From IMG/VR virus record IMGVR_UViG_3300008255_000037, positions 1 through 42,708 of that record: a stretch of 42,708 nucleotides of DNA; one strand, written 5' to 3'. This stretch comes from a virus. Lineage: Duplodnaviria > Caudoviricetes. The position numbers were made by a program, and so were the translations under genes. The notes under the pieces are model-generated. The model did not search any database. It was not told the DNA's origin and saw nothing but the letters and a program-made list of their open reading frames with translations. The first letter of the stretch is position 1; each line of letters opens with the position of its first letter. Below, one piece after another: positions 6,945-16,300 of the stretch.

Positions 6945-7201
6945 TTGAATCACTTGGATGGGTAGCCGGTTTATTATTTGCCTTCTGTGCACTACCTCAA
7001 GCAGCCAAGTCTATTAAGGAAGGTCACTCTAGAGGTGTTTCTATGACATTTCTCTTAATGTGGTTCATTGGGGAAATATTAAGTATATTCTATATTTATT
7101 TAAAGCATGGGATAGATCAGCCTCTTATGGCTAACTACCTATTAAACATAATGTTTATATTATGTATATTAAAATATAAATTAAAGGAGCGTACATGTTA
7201 G
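6941..7201 (+). CDS. PQ-loop / SemiSWEET-like 3-TM membrane protein
   Basis: LGWVAGLLFAFCALPQ...GVS PQ motif, three hydrophobic segments, PL..NY. Confidence 0.8.
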   Translation: MIESLGWVAGLLFAFCALPQAAKSIKEGHSRGVSMTFLLMWFIGEILSIFYIYLKHGIDQPLMANYLLNIMFILCILKYKLKERTC

Positions 7202-7404
7202 AAACAGAAGAAAAAAGAAATGACAAAGAATATTTCAAATTACCTTTACATATCAGATTTATTCTAAGAGTATCTATTATTCTAATAAAGGTAACTATAA
7301 AACCTCTTATGAAAATTGGATTTACTCCCTACTTCGCAATTTATTATTTAAGAACAGGGAAAGAAAAGATAGAAGTAGAGGAAACAGTTACATATTATAA
7401 CTAG
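7195..7404 (+). CDS. Hypothetical protein
   Basis: 69-aa ORF with AAGGAG RBS. Confidence 0.55.
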   Translation: MLETEEKRNDKEYFKLPLHIRFILRVSIILIKVTIKPLMKIGFTPYFAIYYLRTGKEKIEVEETVTYYN

Positions 7405-7412
7405 GATTAATT

Positions 7413-7910
7413 ATGGCAAATAAACAAAAACTAAGTAAAGCACAAATAGCATCTATAAAAGATATGTATATGAAATACAAATCTATATCTGAGATAGCTA
7501 AGGCGTATGGAGTTTCTCGTACAGCTATTAACTGGCATATTAACACAAACGCCTGGGCAGCAGAAAGAAAGCTAAACGAATCTGAAATACTATCTAGCTT
7601 TACAGACGCAAAGAAATCAGACTTTGTTAAGATGACTCAAAGCGCAGTTAATATTATGGCTCGTAGTTTAGAGAATCTTTCTACAAGGCATGACCCTCCT
7701 TCAATACTAGAAGCAACCAAAGCAGCAGATATATTAAAAACATTAGATAACATACTACGCCTAGATGAAGGTAAACCGACAGACATCGTAGAAAATCAAG
7801 ATAAACCTATGGATGATAAAGAACTTAAGAGAAAATTAAGCGCAGATCCATTTTCAAACATCATCGTCGAGAACGACGAGGAGGAATCAGATGATACGCT
7901 CATTAATTAA
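7413..7910 (+). CDS. terS: Terminase small subunit (putative)
   Basis: N-terminal HTH (SISEIAKAYGVSRTAINW), helical core, acidic tail; upstream of terL. Confidence 0.7.
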   Translation: MANKQKLSKAQIASIKDMYMKYKSISEIAKAYGVSRTAINWHINTNAWAAERKLNESEILSSFTDAKKSDFVKMTQSAVNIMARSLENLSTRHDPPSILEATKAADILKTLDNILRLDEGKPTDIVENQDKPMDDKELKRKLSADPFSNIIVENDEEESDDTLIN

Positions 7911-8541
7911 CATTGTTACTGCCCTATGTGCTGCACTACTTATTTTTGCACTAGCCAAACCAACAAAAGTAGATCTACCTAAAGAATGGGCTAAGCATGT
8001 AGTTCCATTTAGAGTATCTATTATGAATAATGCTAGACACGCTACTGGATTCCACCTCTCCTACCAAGGTAAGACTTTTATTGTTACCAATAGGCATGTA
8101 TGTGATTTCAATATAAAAGTATTTAAGCACAGGAATATTCAATTTGGTGATTTTATGGCTAAGATAATTGCAATAGATACTTTACACGACTTATGCCTGG
8201 TTACAAGTAATAGAAATGAAGGACTTACTTTAGCGAAGACACAATCAAAGCCTTTAGATAAAATTACTTTAATTGGATTTCCACGAGGATTAGGTAAAAC
8301 TATAAGAGAAGGCAGGGTTATGGGAGATTATCCAATATTTGCCCCTTGGTTAGATAATAGAAATGTAGAAGCTTTTCAAATATCCGCTATAGGGTATGGA
8401 GGAAACTCAGGTTCACCTATTCTTAATGAAGAGGGTAACGTAACAGGGGTTTTATTTGCTGGTCATAGATATTTTCATACAGAGGCATATATAGTACCAC
8501 TATCGTACTTAAAGGTATTCCTGGCTCTACACGCTAAGTAA
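7891..8541 (+). CDS. Trypsin-like serine protease with N-terminal signal/anchor
   Basis: Catalytic triad motifs TNRHVC, HDLC, GNSGSP; hydrophobic N-terminus. Confidence 0.9.
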   Translation: MIRSLINIVTALCAALLIFALAKPTKVDLPKEWAKHVVPFRVSIMNNARHATGFHLSYQGKTFIVTNRHVCDFNIKVFKHRNIQFGDFMAKIIAIDTLHDLCLVTSNRNEGLTLAKTQSKPLDKITLIGFPRGLGKTIREGRVMGDYPIFAPWLDNRNVEAFQISAIGYGGNSGSPILNEEGNVTGVLFAGHRYFHTEAYIVPLSYLKVFLALHAK

Positions 8542-8684
8542 TATTAGTTCCATATTTGGAACAAAATAGGCTATATGTACCATATATGGGATTTTAATAC
8601 GATTAACTAGAGTAACCGTAAAATAGTTACTTAAGGTAGATGATAAGTTTTTATAGTGAATAACGTATCAAAATGGAGAGATAA

Positions 8685-10214
8685 GTGACTGATATTAAAG
8701 AAGAGAAGCTACATTTATTAAGTCCAGAAGAACATCTATACCTTCAGATAATGGAGGATTTAAACAGACCTTTTGGAGATGGTATTAAAGTAGGGCTGGA
8801 AGGCAGGCTACATCAAGACCAAATAAACCAATTAAAACCCTTATATGATATAAGTAATAGTATTAACAGTATGTTTATATCCTGTGGGCGGAAATGGGGT
8901 AAAACAGAACTTGTGGCGTATATCTTATGGAGACATGCCTTACTTAACCCAGGATCTGCTTGTTACTATGTAGGACCGGAAGCAGCCCATGCTAGGAAAA
9001 TCTTATGGGATGGTAACAGAATACAGAAGTTCCTTGGCAAATCTACAAGCAGGTATTTACTTAAGACACAAGATCAGCCTATGAAGATCATTCTTAAGAA
9101 TGGCTCCTTTATTCAACTAGTTGGGTCGGATAACTACTCTGTAGCCAATGGGCTAACACCCCATATTGCAGTATATGATGAATTTAAAGCATTTAATCCT
9201 AGGTGGCATGTAGAGTTTGCCCCTAACAGGGCGGCTAAAGCGGCTCCTTTAATAATTATAGGGACAAAGCCTCGACCAGGTAACAAGAATATGGATCAAT
9301 ACAATGAGTTACTTGAATATGCTCAAAGTAATCCTAAAGAATGGTATGTGGCTGAAAGAACTACGTTTGATAACCCTATTAATCATCTACCTGCTCAAAA
9401 GCAAATAATAGACCAGGAGATAAAACAGCTAATAGAAAGGGGTGATGAGGATATAGTCCAACTAGAGTACTATTCTAAAGTCCTGGCAGGTGGTCGTAAA
9501 GCCATATTCCCTATGTTTGATAAAACAGTTCATGTAAGCCCTCATAAACAGTTAGTTAGTTCAATATCTAATGATATAAAGCGTATGGAGTGGTATCTTA
9601 TAACAGATCCCGGTACAGTTACCTGTTTTGGGGCTTTATTAGCCTGTATTAACCCTTATAGTAAACAAGTATACATAATGGACGAGATCTATGAGAAAGA
9701 TCAAAGAGAGACGTCTACAAGGCGTATTTACCCTCGTATGGAAGCCAAGGCTTTAGATTTGTACCCAGGAAGCAATGTTGGGGACGATTGGGTAAAAATA
9801 GCTGATGAAGCTGCGTCATGGTATATGAATGAAGTAATGGATCAATTCTATATATACTTCTCCCCTACTAATAAGAATCATAATAAAAAGGAACAGGGCT
9901 TAAGTTTAATTAAGGATCAGATGATTCATAAGCTTGTTCATATAAGTGATAGATGTGTAAATCTTATAAATGAGATAGAGAAATATGCCGTGGATGATAA
10001 AGGTAACATACCTAAAATACATGATCATCTTATAGATTGTTATAGATATCTTAATGCGGCTGCTAACTATAACATGCATGAATTACTAGAAGCTGTTAGG
10101 TATAGAAGTGATCAAGAAGCTATTAGAGAAGGACGTAGAAGACATCCTCGTCATGATGTAGAGGAAGAAGGAAAAGATTGGATGAAGGGCGTATTTGATA
10201 TAGATTTTGAGTAA
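8685..10214 (+). CDS. terL: Terminase large subunit
   Basis: Walker A GRKWGKT, Walker B VYDE, nuclease DPG and DHLIDCYRY motifs. Confidence 0.93.
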   Translation: MTDIKEEKLHLLSPEEHLYLQIMEDLNRPFGDGIKVGLEGRLHQDQINQLKPLYDISNSINSMFISCGRKWGKTELVAYILWRHALLNPGSACYYVGPEAAHARKILWDGNRIQKFLGKSTSRYLLKTQDQPMKIILKNGSFIQLVGSDNYSVANGLTPHIAVYDEFKAFNPRWHVEFAPNRAAKAAPLIIIGTKPRPGNKNMDQYNELLEYAQSNPKEWYVAERTTFDNPINHLPAQKQIIDQEIKQLIERGDEDIVQLEYYSKVLAGGRKAIFPMFDKTVHVSPHKQLVSSISNDIKRMEWYLITDPGTVTCFGALLACINPYSKQVYIMDEIYEKDQRETSTRRIYPRMEAKALDLYPGSNVGDDWVKIADEAASWYMNEVMDQFYIYFSPTNKNHNKKEQGLSLIKDQMIHKLVHISDRCVNLINEIEKYAVDDKGNIPKIHDHLIDCYRYLNAAANYNMHELLEAVRYRSDQEAIREGRRRHPRHDVEEEGKDWMKGVFDIDFE

Positions 10215-10278
10215 ACATGTTTATAGACAGGCACCAAAGAACTAGACTGTGATAATATTGAAGACCTTATTTAAGACT

Positions 10279-10307
10279 ATGTTACAGATTAGGAATATCT
10301 ATGTCAA
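10279..10307 (-). promoter_or_regulatory. Leftward (antisense) sigma70 promoter TTGACA-17-TAACAT
   Basis: Perfect -35, 17-bp spacer, TAnnnT -10 on the minus strand. Confidence 0.5.
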
Positions 10308-10364
10308 TACATCATGTAAGAAATATTTATATTTTTTTCTTACTGGATATAACTATTCAAGGAC

Positions 10365-10396
10365 TTGACTATTAGCCCCGATAGTACTAATATAAT
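10365..10396 (+). promoter_or_regulatory. Promoter TTGACT-20-TATAAT with AGTACTA motif
   Basis: Same architecture at 12791..12822. Confidence 0.55.
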
Positions 10397-10416
10397 ACTT
10401 AGTAAATAGGAGGGTT

Positions 10417-10701
10417 ATGGAATTAGGATTATTAATAACATGTGTAATATTATCAACAATATCTCTAATATTGTCTATAATATGCGTCATTATGATAATA
10501 GCTAGAGACAAATCTACGCACACAGTACAGATGATGCCAGTGGATGCAGAGATAGAAAAAGCTAATGAAGAATACTTAAGTAAATGGGCGACTTCAGAAA
10601 AAGCTATAAAGAAAGAGCAAAGACTCTATCAAGAAGAGATCGAGACAGAGATGCCAGAGTTTAGTTTAACAGATGAAGATAAAGAAATATTTTCAATATA
10701 A
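10417..10701 (+). CDS. Membrane-anchored hypothetical protein
   Basis: N-terminal TM helix, charged C-terminus; AGGAGG RBS. Confidence 0.7.
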   Translation: MELGLLITCVILSTISLILSIICVIMIIARDKSTHTVQMMPVDAEIEKANEEYLSKWATSEKAIKKEQRLYQEEIETEMPEFSLTDEDKEIFSI

Positions 10702-10710
10702 GGATAAAAA

Positions 10711-12789
10711 ATGTCAGATCTTTTTGATGAAATTGATGATTATGAACTATCAGAAAAAATAGAACCTTTTTATAAAGTATATAATAAGAAGAATGAAAAA
10801 GAATTATTATCTTGGCTTAACAAAGTCAGGACAGCTCTTACCTATAACGCGAAGACCCGAACACTCAATCAGCGAATGAATTTAACAGCGTACCGTGGAT
10901 TAAGCCTGAATAGATGGGAGCGCTCTAGAGATGATAATGGAGTAAGAAGGATCAGCAGACTTAACAAGTTTATTGTTAACCACCTGAGAGATCTTACAGA
11001 AATGAAAGTCTCACAAATGACCCGACTAAAACCGGCTGTGGAAGTTCTCCCATCGAATGATGAATATGAGGACAAAGCTTCGGCAAGGGTAGTCGGGTTA
11101 TTAATTAAACATCTATTTTACATGAATAATCTAGACTTTATTATCCAGCAAATGCACAGACATGCACGTATTTTTGGAGAAAGCTTCTTATATATTGATT
11201 ATGATCAAGAAAAAGGAGACCTAGATCCTGCTTATGTAGAAGCTAGAAACGCAGGTATAAAAGAAATTCAATTACCTGATGGGTCTACATATAATACAGA
11301 GAAGCCTCTTAAAACGGGTGACATATGTTACGATATTGAATTACCTTGGAGAGTTCTTCTTCAAAGAAAACAAAATATAGAGGACGTAGAATATAATTTT
11401 AGAATTACTGTGGAAGAAGTACAGAAGCTTAAGGATAAATATCCAGATAAAGCTAAGTTAATTAAATCTAATGATGACTTAAGAACTTTTGACATAGAGT
11501 CTTTAGAAGATAGATTCCTAGAAGAGCACGTTATTGTATATAAGTTTTTCCATAAAAAAATAGGTGAATTAAATCATAAAAACGTGTATATAGAATGTAC
11601 AAATGATTGTATTCTATTTCAAGAAGAAGAGAAGTTTAGTCACGATAAAAATAACTTTGTACGTCTTACAGACCAGGATGTTCCTGGTGTATTGAATGGT
11701 GTATCTGCCTATGAGACAATTCTTCCCTTACAAAAAATGTATGATAATATTTCTACATTAATAGCAAAGAATATTTATTTAACAGCCCATGCAAAATGGC
11801 TTATGCCTAAAGGTGCTTGTAAAATAGAGCAATTAGGTAACGATAATACTATAGTACAATATCAAGGTCCTATACCTCCTCAACTGGCTCAAGTAGCAAG
11901 CAATCCTGCTGAGGTATATGCTTTTAGAGAACAAATAAAACAAGATATGCAAACTGTATATGGTAACCATGGTATAAGCCGTGGAGAGGTTCCTAAAGGA
12001 ATTACAGCAGCATCTGCCCTTCAATTCTTAAACGAATTAGAGAATGAACGTAATTCAACAGATATATCAAAGCACAGCTTTCTGGTTTTAGATATTGCTA
12101 AGATGTCAGTAGCTATCGCAGGTGATTATTACAATGTAGACGATGGCAGAATGTTAAGAATTGTAGGAGACTCTAATAAACACCTTATCAAGCATTTTGA
12201 TGTCGCAAATCTAAATAAAGACTATGATATAAGATTTGATAACTCTACAGGACTACCAGAAACAAAATCCGCTAAGATCCAAAGAATTATGGATACAATG
12301 CAAAGGAATCCTAATTTATTTAGCCCTGAGCGATGGGAAGAGCTATTAGATTTAGGCAGTTCTGAGAGAATGACTAAGTTATCTACAGATGCAATTCAAG
12401 CAGCAGATTCTGAAAATGAAGATATCTTTGCCGGAGAACCTGTCGGAATGCCTGAAGACTGGGAAGATCATATTGCACACTGGGAAAGTCATGTGAGATC
12501 TGTACAATCCAGATCTTTTAAAGAAGAGGCTACTCCTGAAATTAAAGAAGCTATGAAAATGCATATAAAAATAACAGAGCAATTAATCATAGAGAAAATG
12601 GCTAATAATCCTTTATTTCAAGCTAAGGTAGCGAATTTAAAGCTATTTCCTATTTTTTACCATGAAGGGGCACCTACTCCTTTTAGTGCAGAACACCAAG
12701 CTGCTATGGTAAATGGACAATCTAATAGAGGAGAACCCGTCACAGGAAGTATACCTGGGGTAGATAAAGAGGATATAAATAATCAATAA
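10711..12789 (+). CDS. Portal protein (P22-like podoviral)
   Basis: 692 aa after terL; VNHLR, helical core, C-terminal EDHIAHWESH motif typical of this portal group. Confidence 0.85.
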   Translation: MSDLFDEIDDYELSEKIEPFYKVYNKKNEKELLSWLNKVRTALTYNAKTRTLNQRMNLTAYRGLSLNRWERSRDDNGVRRISRLNKFIVNHLRDLTEMKVSQMTRLKPAVEVLPSNDEYEDKASARVVGLLIKHLFYMNNLDFIIQQMHRHARIFGESFLYIDYDQEKGDLDPAYVEARNAGIKEIQLPDGSTYNTEKPLKTGDICYDIELPWRVLLQRKQNIEDVEYNFRITVEEVQKLKDKYPDKAKLIKSNDDLRTFDIESLEDRFLEEHVIVYKFFHKKIGELNHKNVYIECTNDCILFQEEEKFSHDKNNFVRLTDQDVPGVLNGVSAYETILPLQKMYDNISTLIAKNIYLTAHAKWLMPKGACKIEQLGNDNTIVQYQGPIPPQLAQVASNPAEVYAFREQIKQDMQTVYGNHGISRGEVPKGITAASALQFLNELENERNSTDISKHSFLVLDIAKMSVAIAGDYYNVDDGRMLRIVGDSNKHLIKHFDVANLNKDYDIRFDNSTGLPETKSAKIQRIMDTMQRNPNLFSPERWEELLDLGSSERMTKLSTDAIQAADSENEDIFAGEPVGMPEDWEDHIAHWESHVRSVQSRSFKEEATPEIKEAMKMHIKITEQLIIEKMANNPLFQAKVANLKLFPIFYHEGAPTPFSAEHQAAMVNGQSNRGEPVTGSIPGVDKEDINNQ

Positions 12790-12790
12790 C

Positions 12791-12822
12791 TTGATTTTTA
12801 TTTTAAATAGTACTACTATAGT
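12791..12822 (+). promoter_or_regulatory. Promoter TTGATT-20-TATAGT with AGTACTA motif
   Basis: Upstream of the scaffold-capsid genes. Confidence 0.55.
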
Positions 12823-12843
12823 ACAAGTAATGGAGGAATGAGT

Positions 12844-13992
12844 ATGAGCGATAGTAGCATATCGGAAATTATGATGGATCAAGTAGACATGTCTACGGAC
12901 CCCTTTGATGATGTTGTAGAGATTGAACCTACAACAGAAGCAGAAGGATCAGACCCGTTTGACGAAGTTGATGAAGGGAGTGATGAACAGGATGTTTCAT
13001 CAGAAACATCAGAAGAAGAGAAAAACGAAGTTGTCGCAAGTGAAGATTCAGAAGACGAAGATAGCGGCGGAGAAGAAGATAAAGAAGAATCTACAGAAGA
13101 CAGTGAAGACGAAGTCGGAGTGGATGAACTTAATAAACGAATTGAAGAAGGATCTTTAGAATTAAAGATTAATGACGAGATAGTTACACTTAAAGACCTT
13201 AAAAATGATTATATAGGTCAAAAAGAAATTGCCCGTCGATTTACTGATTATGACATTAAGAGTAAGAAGCTAGAAGCAGACACTAATGAGATCAATGGAT
13301 ACATTAATGACTTTGCAGCCGTTTTAAAAAACGGAGACTCTTTAGGAGCAATGGCATATTTAGGAGAGTTCGCAGGAATTCCTCCTTATATGATGAAAGA
13401 GCAACTTATTGCCGCCCTTACTCCAGAGATAATCAGAAGAGATCAAATGACATCTACTGAAGTTCAAAACGAACTACTTAGTAGTCAGAATAAATATTTG
13501 CAGGATCAACGTGAGTCCGAACTAAAGAAGCAAGCCTACAGCCAAACCCAAGAGGAAGCCAGTAGACTTGTAAATGACCTTCGGGAAGCTAACGGGATAG
13601 ACGAACAAACTTGGAATGAAGCTTCTTCTCATTTGGAAAAGAATCTTACAGAAGGTGAAGAACTAACCCCGGAACTTGTAGCAGACACTATCAAATATGG
13701 TAGAATGTATGAACAAGCGGAGTCAGTTATAAATCTCTCTGGAGAACAACTTGAAAATAAGGAACAGTGGATAGAAGAGTTAGTAAATGTTAAGGAAAAG
13801 TATCCGGATTTTACGGAAGATGATTTAAAAGAAGTACTTCTAAACGCATTGGAAACAGTTAAGAAATCTTCTTCACAGGAAAAATTAGTTAAGAAATTAG
13901 AGTCAAAGAAGACACAAGTTTCTAAAAAACAAGTTAAACAAACTAACCCAGTCTCAGAGGACATTGATCCCGAACTAGAAGACTGGATATAA
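12844..13992 (+). CDS. Capsid scaffolding protein
   Basis: Very acidic N-terminus, LKINDEIVTLKDLKNDY motif, coiled coil; between portal and capsid; GGAGG spacing favours ATG 12844. Confidence 0.8.
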   Translation: MSDSSISEIMMDQVDMSTDPFDDVVEIEPTTEAEGSDPFDEVDEGSDEQDVSSETSEEEKNEVVASEDSEDEDSGGEEDKEESTEDSEDEVGVDELNKRIEEGSLELKINDEIVTLKDLKNDYIGQKEIARRFTDYDIKSKKLEADTNEINGYINDFAAVLKNGDSLGAMAYLGEFAGIPPYMMKEQLIAALTPEIIRRDQMTSTEVQNELLSSQNKYLQDQRESELKKQAYSQTQEEASRLVNDLREANGIDEQTWNEASSHLEKNLTEGEELTPELVADTIKYGRMYEQAESVINLSGEQLENKEQWIEELVNVKEKYPDFTEDDLKEVLLNALETVKKSSSQEKLVKKLESKKTQVSKKQVKQTNPVSEDIDPELEDWI

Positions 13993-13993
13993 A

Positions 13994-14473
13994 ATGAAGA
14001 CTTGTTCTAAATGTGGTGAGACATTGTCACTTACATGCTTTACAAAGGATTCCTCTACTAGAGATGGTAGATACCCTTCTTGCAAAGAGTGTAGAAAAAA
14101 GTACTCTTCTAAATATAGAGAAGAGAATAAGGACAGGGTTCTGTTAATAAATAGAATGAGTAGGCATAGAAATTTAGATAGCATAAGAAGAAAAGACCTT
14201 ATTAGGAATAAAGACCCTAAAAGAAAAGCTTCTAAAAATGCAAGACAGAGATATTACTTAGTGAAACATCGTTCTTTAAATAATATGTTTCATACAGCTA
14301 CCGAGTCTATATATCTAGATTGTGTTTGGTTAAACAAGTATTCTGAGGAGATCTATGAAGTCGATCACATAGTTCCTCTAAAAGGTAATAATGTAAGTGG
14401 TTTACATGTACCTTGGACTCTAGAAATAGTTTCTAGGTTTCAGAATAGAAGTAAAAGTAATAAATTAATATAA
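13994..14473 (+). CDS. Free-standing HNH homing endonuclease
   Basis: KTCSKC...CKEC zinc ribbon; EVDHIVPL...SGLHVPW.L...N.SKSN. Confidence 0.9.
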   Translation: MKTCSKCGETLSLTCFTKDSSTRDGRYPSCKECRKKYSSKYREENKDRVLLINRMSRHRNLDSIRRKDLIRNKDPKRKASKNARQRYYLVKHRSLNNMFHTATESIYLDCVWLNKYSEEIYEVDHIVPLKGNNVSGLHVPWTLEIVSRFQNRSKSNKLI

Positions 14474-14519
14474 ACTAATCCTCAAAGACTTAGTGTCGAG
14501 GAAAAACAAAGGATGACTT

Positions 14520-15800
14520 ATTAGCACATGGACTTATTCGGCTTCAAACGAAGCTAATTTAATGAAAGTTAAATACGGTAAGCTAATTGAAAAACAATTC
14601 AATATGGATAACGTATTATTCGCAAGAATAAACAAAAAACAAGATTTCGTAGGTAATCAAATTGAGATTCCTGTAATCCAATCTATCGGTGGTGGTGTTG
14701 GTGCTGGTTCTCTTCCAACTGCTAACGAAAACAAAGTTGGTAAGGCTACTCTTACGACTAAAAAACTTTATGCTGTTACAAGCATTGACCGTGAAACAAT
14801 GAAAGCAACTAAAACTGACGAAGGTTCTTTTGTTCGTATGACTAAATTTCCTGTTAAGATTGCAACTAAATCTTTCAACAGAAACTTAGAAAGAATGATC
14901 ACTAGAGCACCTATAGATGGTTCTGGTACTCTTGTTACTGGTTCTGCTTCAAACTCTAACTGTTCTGGCGTTGGCTCTACAGCTGATCCATATGTTATTG
15001 AACTAGATCAATCAGGTGTTTATAACCAAGCTGATATCGAAACTATCGAAATTGGTGATTTAGTTCAAATCAATTCTGAAACTACTGCTGCTCTTGAAGT
15101 TGTTGATATCGTAGTTACTTCTGCTGTCCCGGGATCTGTAGCTGTTTCTCTTAAACTTACAGGATCTTCTGCAAGACTTGACGTTATCGGTGATACTGGT
15201 ATCCCAGCTCCTTTTGGTGCTTCTGATAAAGTTTATATGCAAGGATCTAAAGATAATGAGCTTGCTGGTTTAGAAGGTGTTCTTCAAGCTTCTTCAGGAT
15301 CTTACAAAGGTATTACCATCGGTCGTAGATGGAAATCATATAATAAAGCTGTGGCAGGAGCTGCTCTTAGTACTGATCTTATGAATGATGTTGTTATCAA
15401 CATTAAAAGACAATCAGGTGAGTCTCCAAGCCTTATCTTAACTTCTTTTCACCAGTATACAAAACTTCTTAACCTTTTAGAAGATCACAAGAGATATCCT
15501 CTTCCTGCAAAAGATAAGTCTTTCAAAGGACAGATCTCTTTCAATGGTGTTGAGTATATGAGTCCAGACGGATCTATCCCTGTTTTGGCTTCTAGGTATG
15601 TATCTGATGATAATATGCTTTTCCTTAATGATAAGCACATTGAGTTAAACTGTCGTCCAGGTGGATTCGAGTGGTTTGACGAAGACGGTACTGTATTCCT
15701 AAGAGAAGCAGGTGATAGTTATGAAGCTCGTTACGGTGGATACTGTGACTTCTTTATAAACCCACACTTCCAAGGTATTCTATCTGGTTTAGCTGTATAG
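14520..15800 (+). CDS. Major capsid protein (HK97 fold, P22/SU10-like); probable ATT start at 14520 (first ATG 14562)
   Basis: Position and size, GLEG motif, strongly biased codon usage, terminator downstream; AAAGGA RBS precedes the in-frame ATT. Confidence 0.88.
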   Translation: MSTWTYSASNEANLMKVKYGKLIEKQFNMDNVLFARINKKQDFVGNQIEIPVIQSIGGGVGAGSLPTANENKVGKATLTTKKLYAVTSIDRETMKATKTDEGSFVRMTKFPVKIATKSFNRNLERMITRAPIDGSGTLVTGSASNSNCSGVGSTADPYVIELDQSGVYNQADIETIEIGDLVQINSETTAALEVVDIVVTSAVPGSVAVSLKLTGSSARLDVIGDTGIPAPFGASDKVYMQGSKDNELAGLEGVLQASSGSYKGITIGRRWKSYNKAVAGAALSTDLMNDVVINIKRQSGESPSLILTSFHQYTKLLNLLEDHKRYPLPAKDKSFKGQISFNGVEYMSPDGSIPVLASRYVSDDNMLFLNDKHIELNCRPGGFEWFDEDGTVFLREAGDSYEARYGGYCDFFINPHFQGILSGLAV

Positions 15801-15813
15801 GTACAAAATAAAT

Positions 15814-15836
15814 GAGGGGGTGTAAAAGCCCCTTTT
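15814..15836 (+). terminator. Intrinsic terminator after the capsid gene
   Basis: GAGGGGG-TGTAAAAG-CCCCTTTT hairpin with U-run. Confidence 0.7.
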
Positions 15837-15884
15837 AACAATAGCGGTAGACCGCTCCCTCCATAAGGGTTACAGGAGAATTCA

Positions 15885-16220
15885 ATGAAAAGATCAATTC
15901 AATCAAATCAAAGAAAAGTAGAACTATTAACATTTATCGTAAGTGCTGACGGAGCAACTGTTACAGGCTTAGATAAAAACCAAGTAAGTGTAGCTGATAC
16001 TGGTACAGGTGTAAAAACTGTTACTTTAAGTGAAGCAATGACTTCTGGGGACTATTCAGTTTTAGTTACTACTGCAACGGCTGATTCAGTGGCTCAAGTG
16101 TCAATCACTTCTTCCTCTGTATTTGTTGTTAACACTTTTGATTCTACAGATGGAACTACAGCAAAAGATGCTATTTGTCACATTCTAGTTATCGGAAGTA
16201 AAATAGCTGAAAGAGCATAG
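15885..16220 (+). CDS. Putative head decoration/virion protein
   Basis: Thr/Ser/Val-rich beta protein after the capsid gene, with similar codon bias. Confidence 0.6.
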   Translation: MKRSIQSNQRKVELLTFIVSADGATVTGLDKNQVSVADTGTGVKTVTLSEAMTSGDYSVLVTTATADSVAQVSITSSSVFVVNTFDSTDGTTAKDAICHILVIGSKIAERA

Positions 16221-16248
16221 TATTCTAGGGGGCGGTCCTCCACGCCTC

Positions 16249-16274
16249 GTCCTGAGCATGACAAAAAAAGGCTC
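16249..16274 (+). promoter_or_regulatory. Small H-type pseudoknot motif (copy 1)
   Basis: GTC-CTGAGCAT-GAC-A7G-GCTC; second copy at 37234..37260 (-). Confidence 0.55.
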
Positions 16275-16300
16275 GTTCTTTATTAGAACAAAAGGATATT

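Noticed and set aside
13994-14520. Group I intron or intein carrying the HNH within the capsid gene
   Set aside because: The HNH starts 1 nt after the scaffold stop, leaving no room for a 5' exon or intron core; it is free-standing
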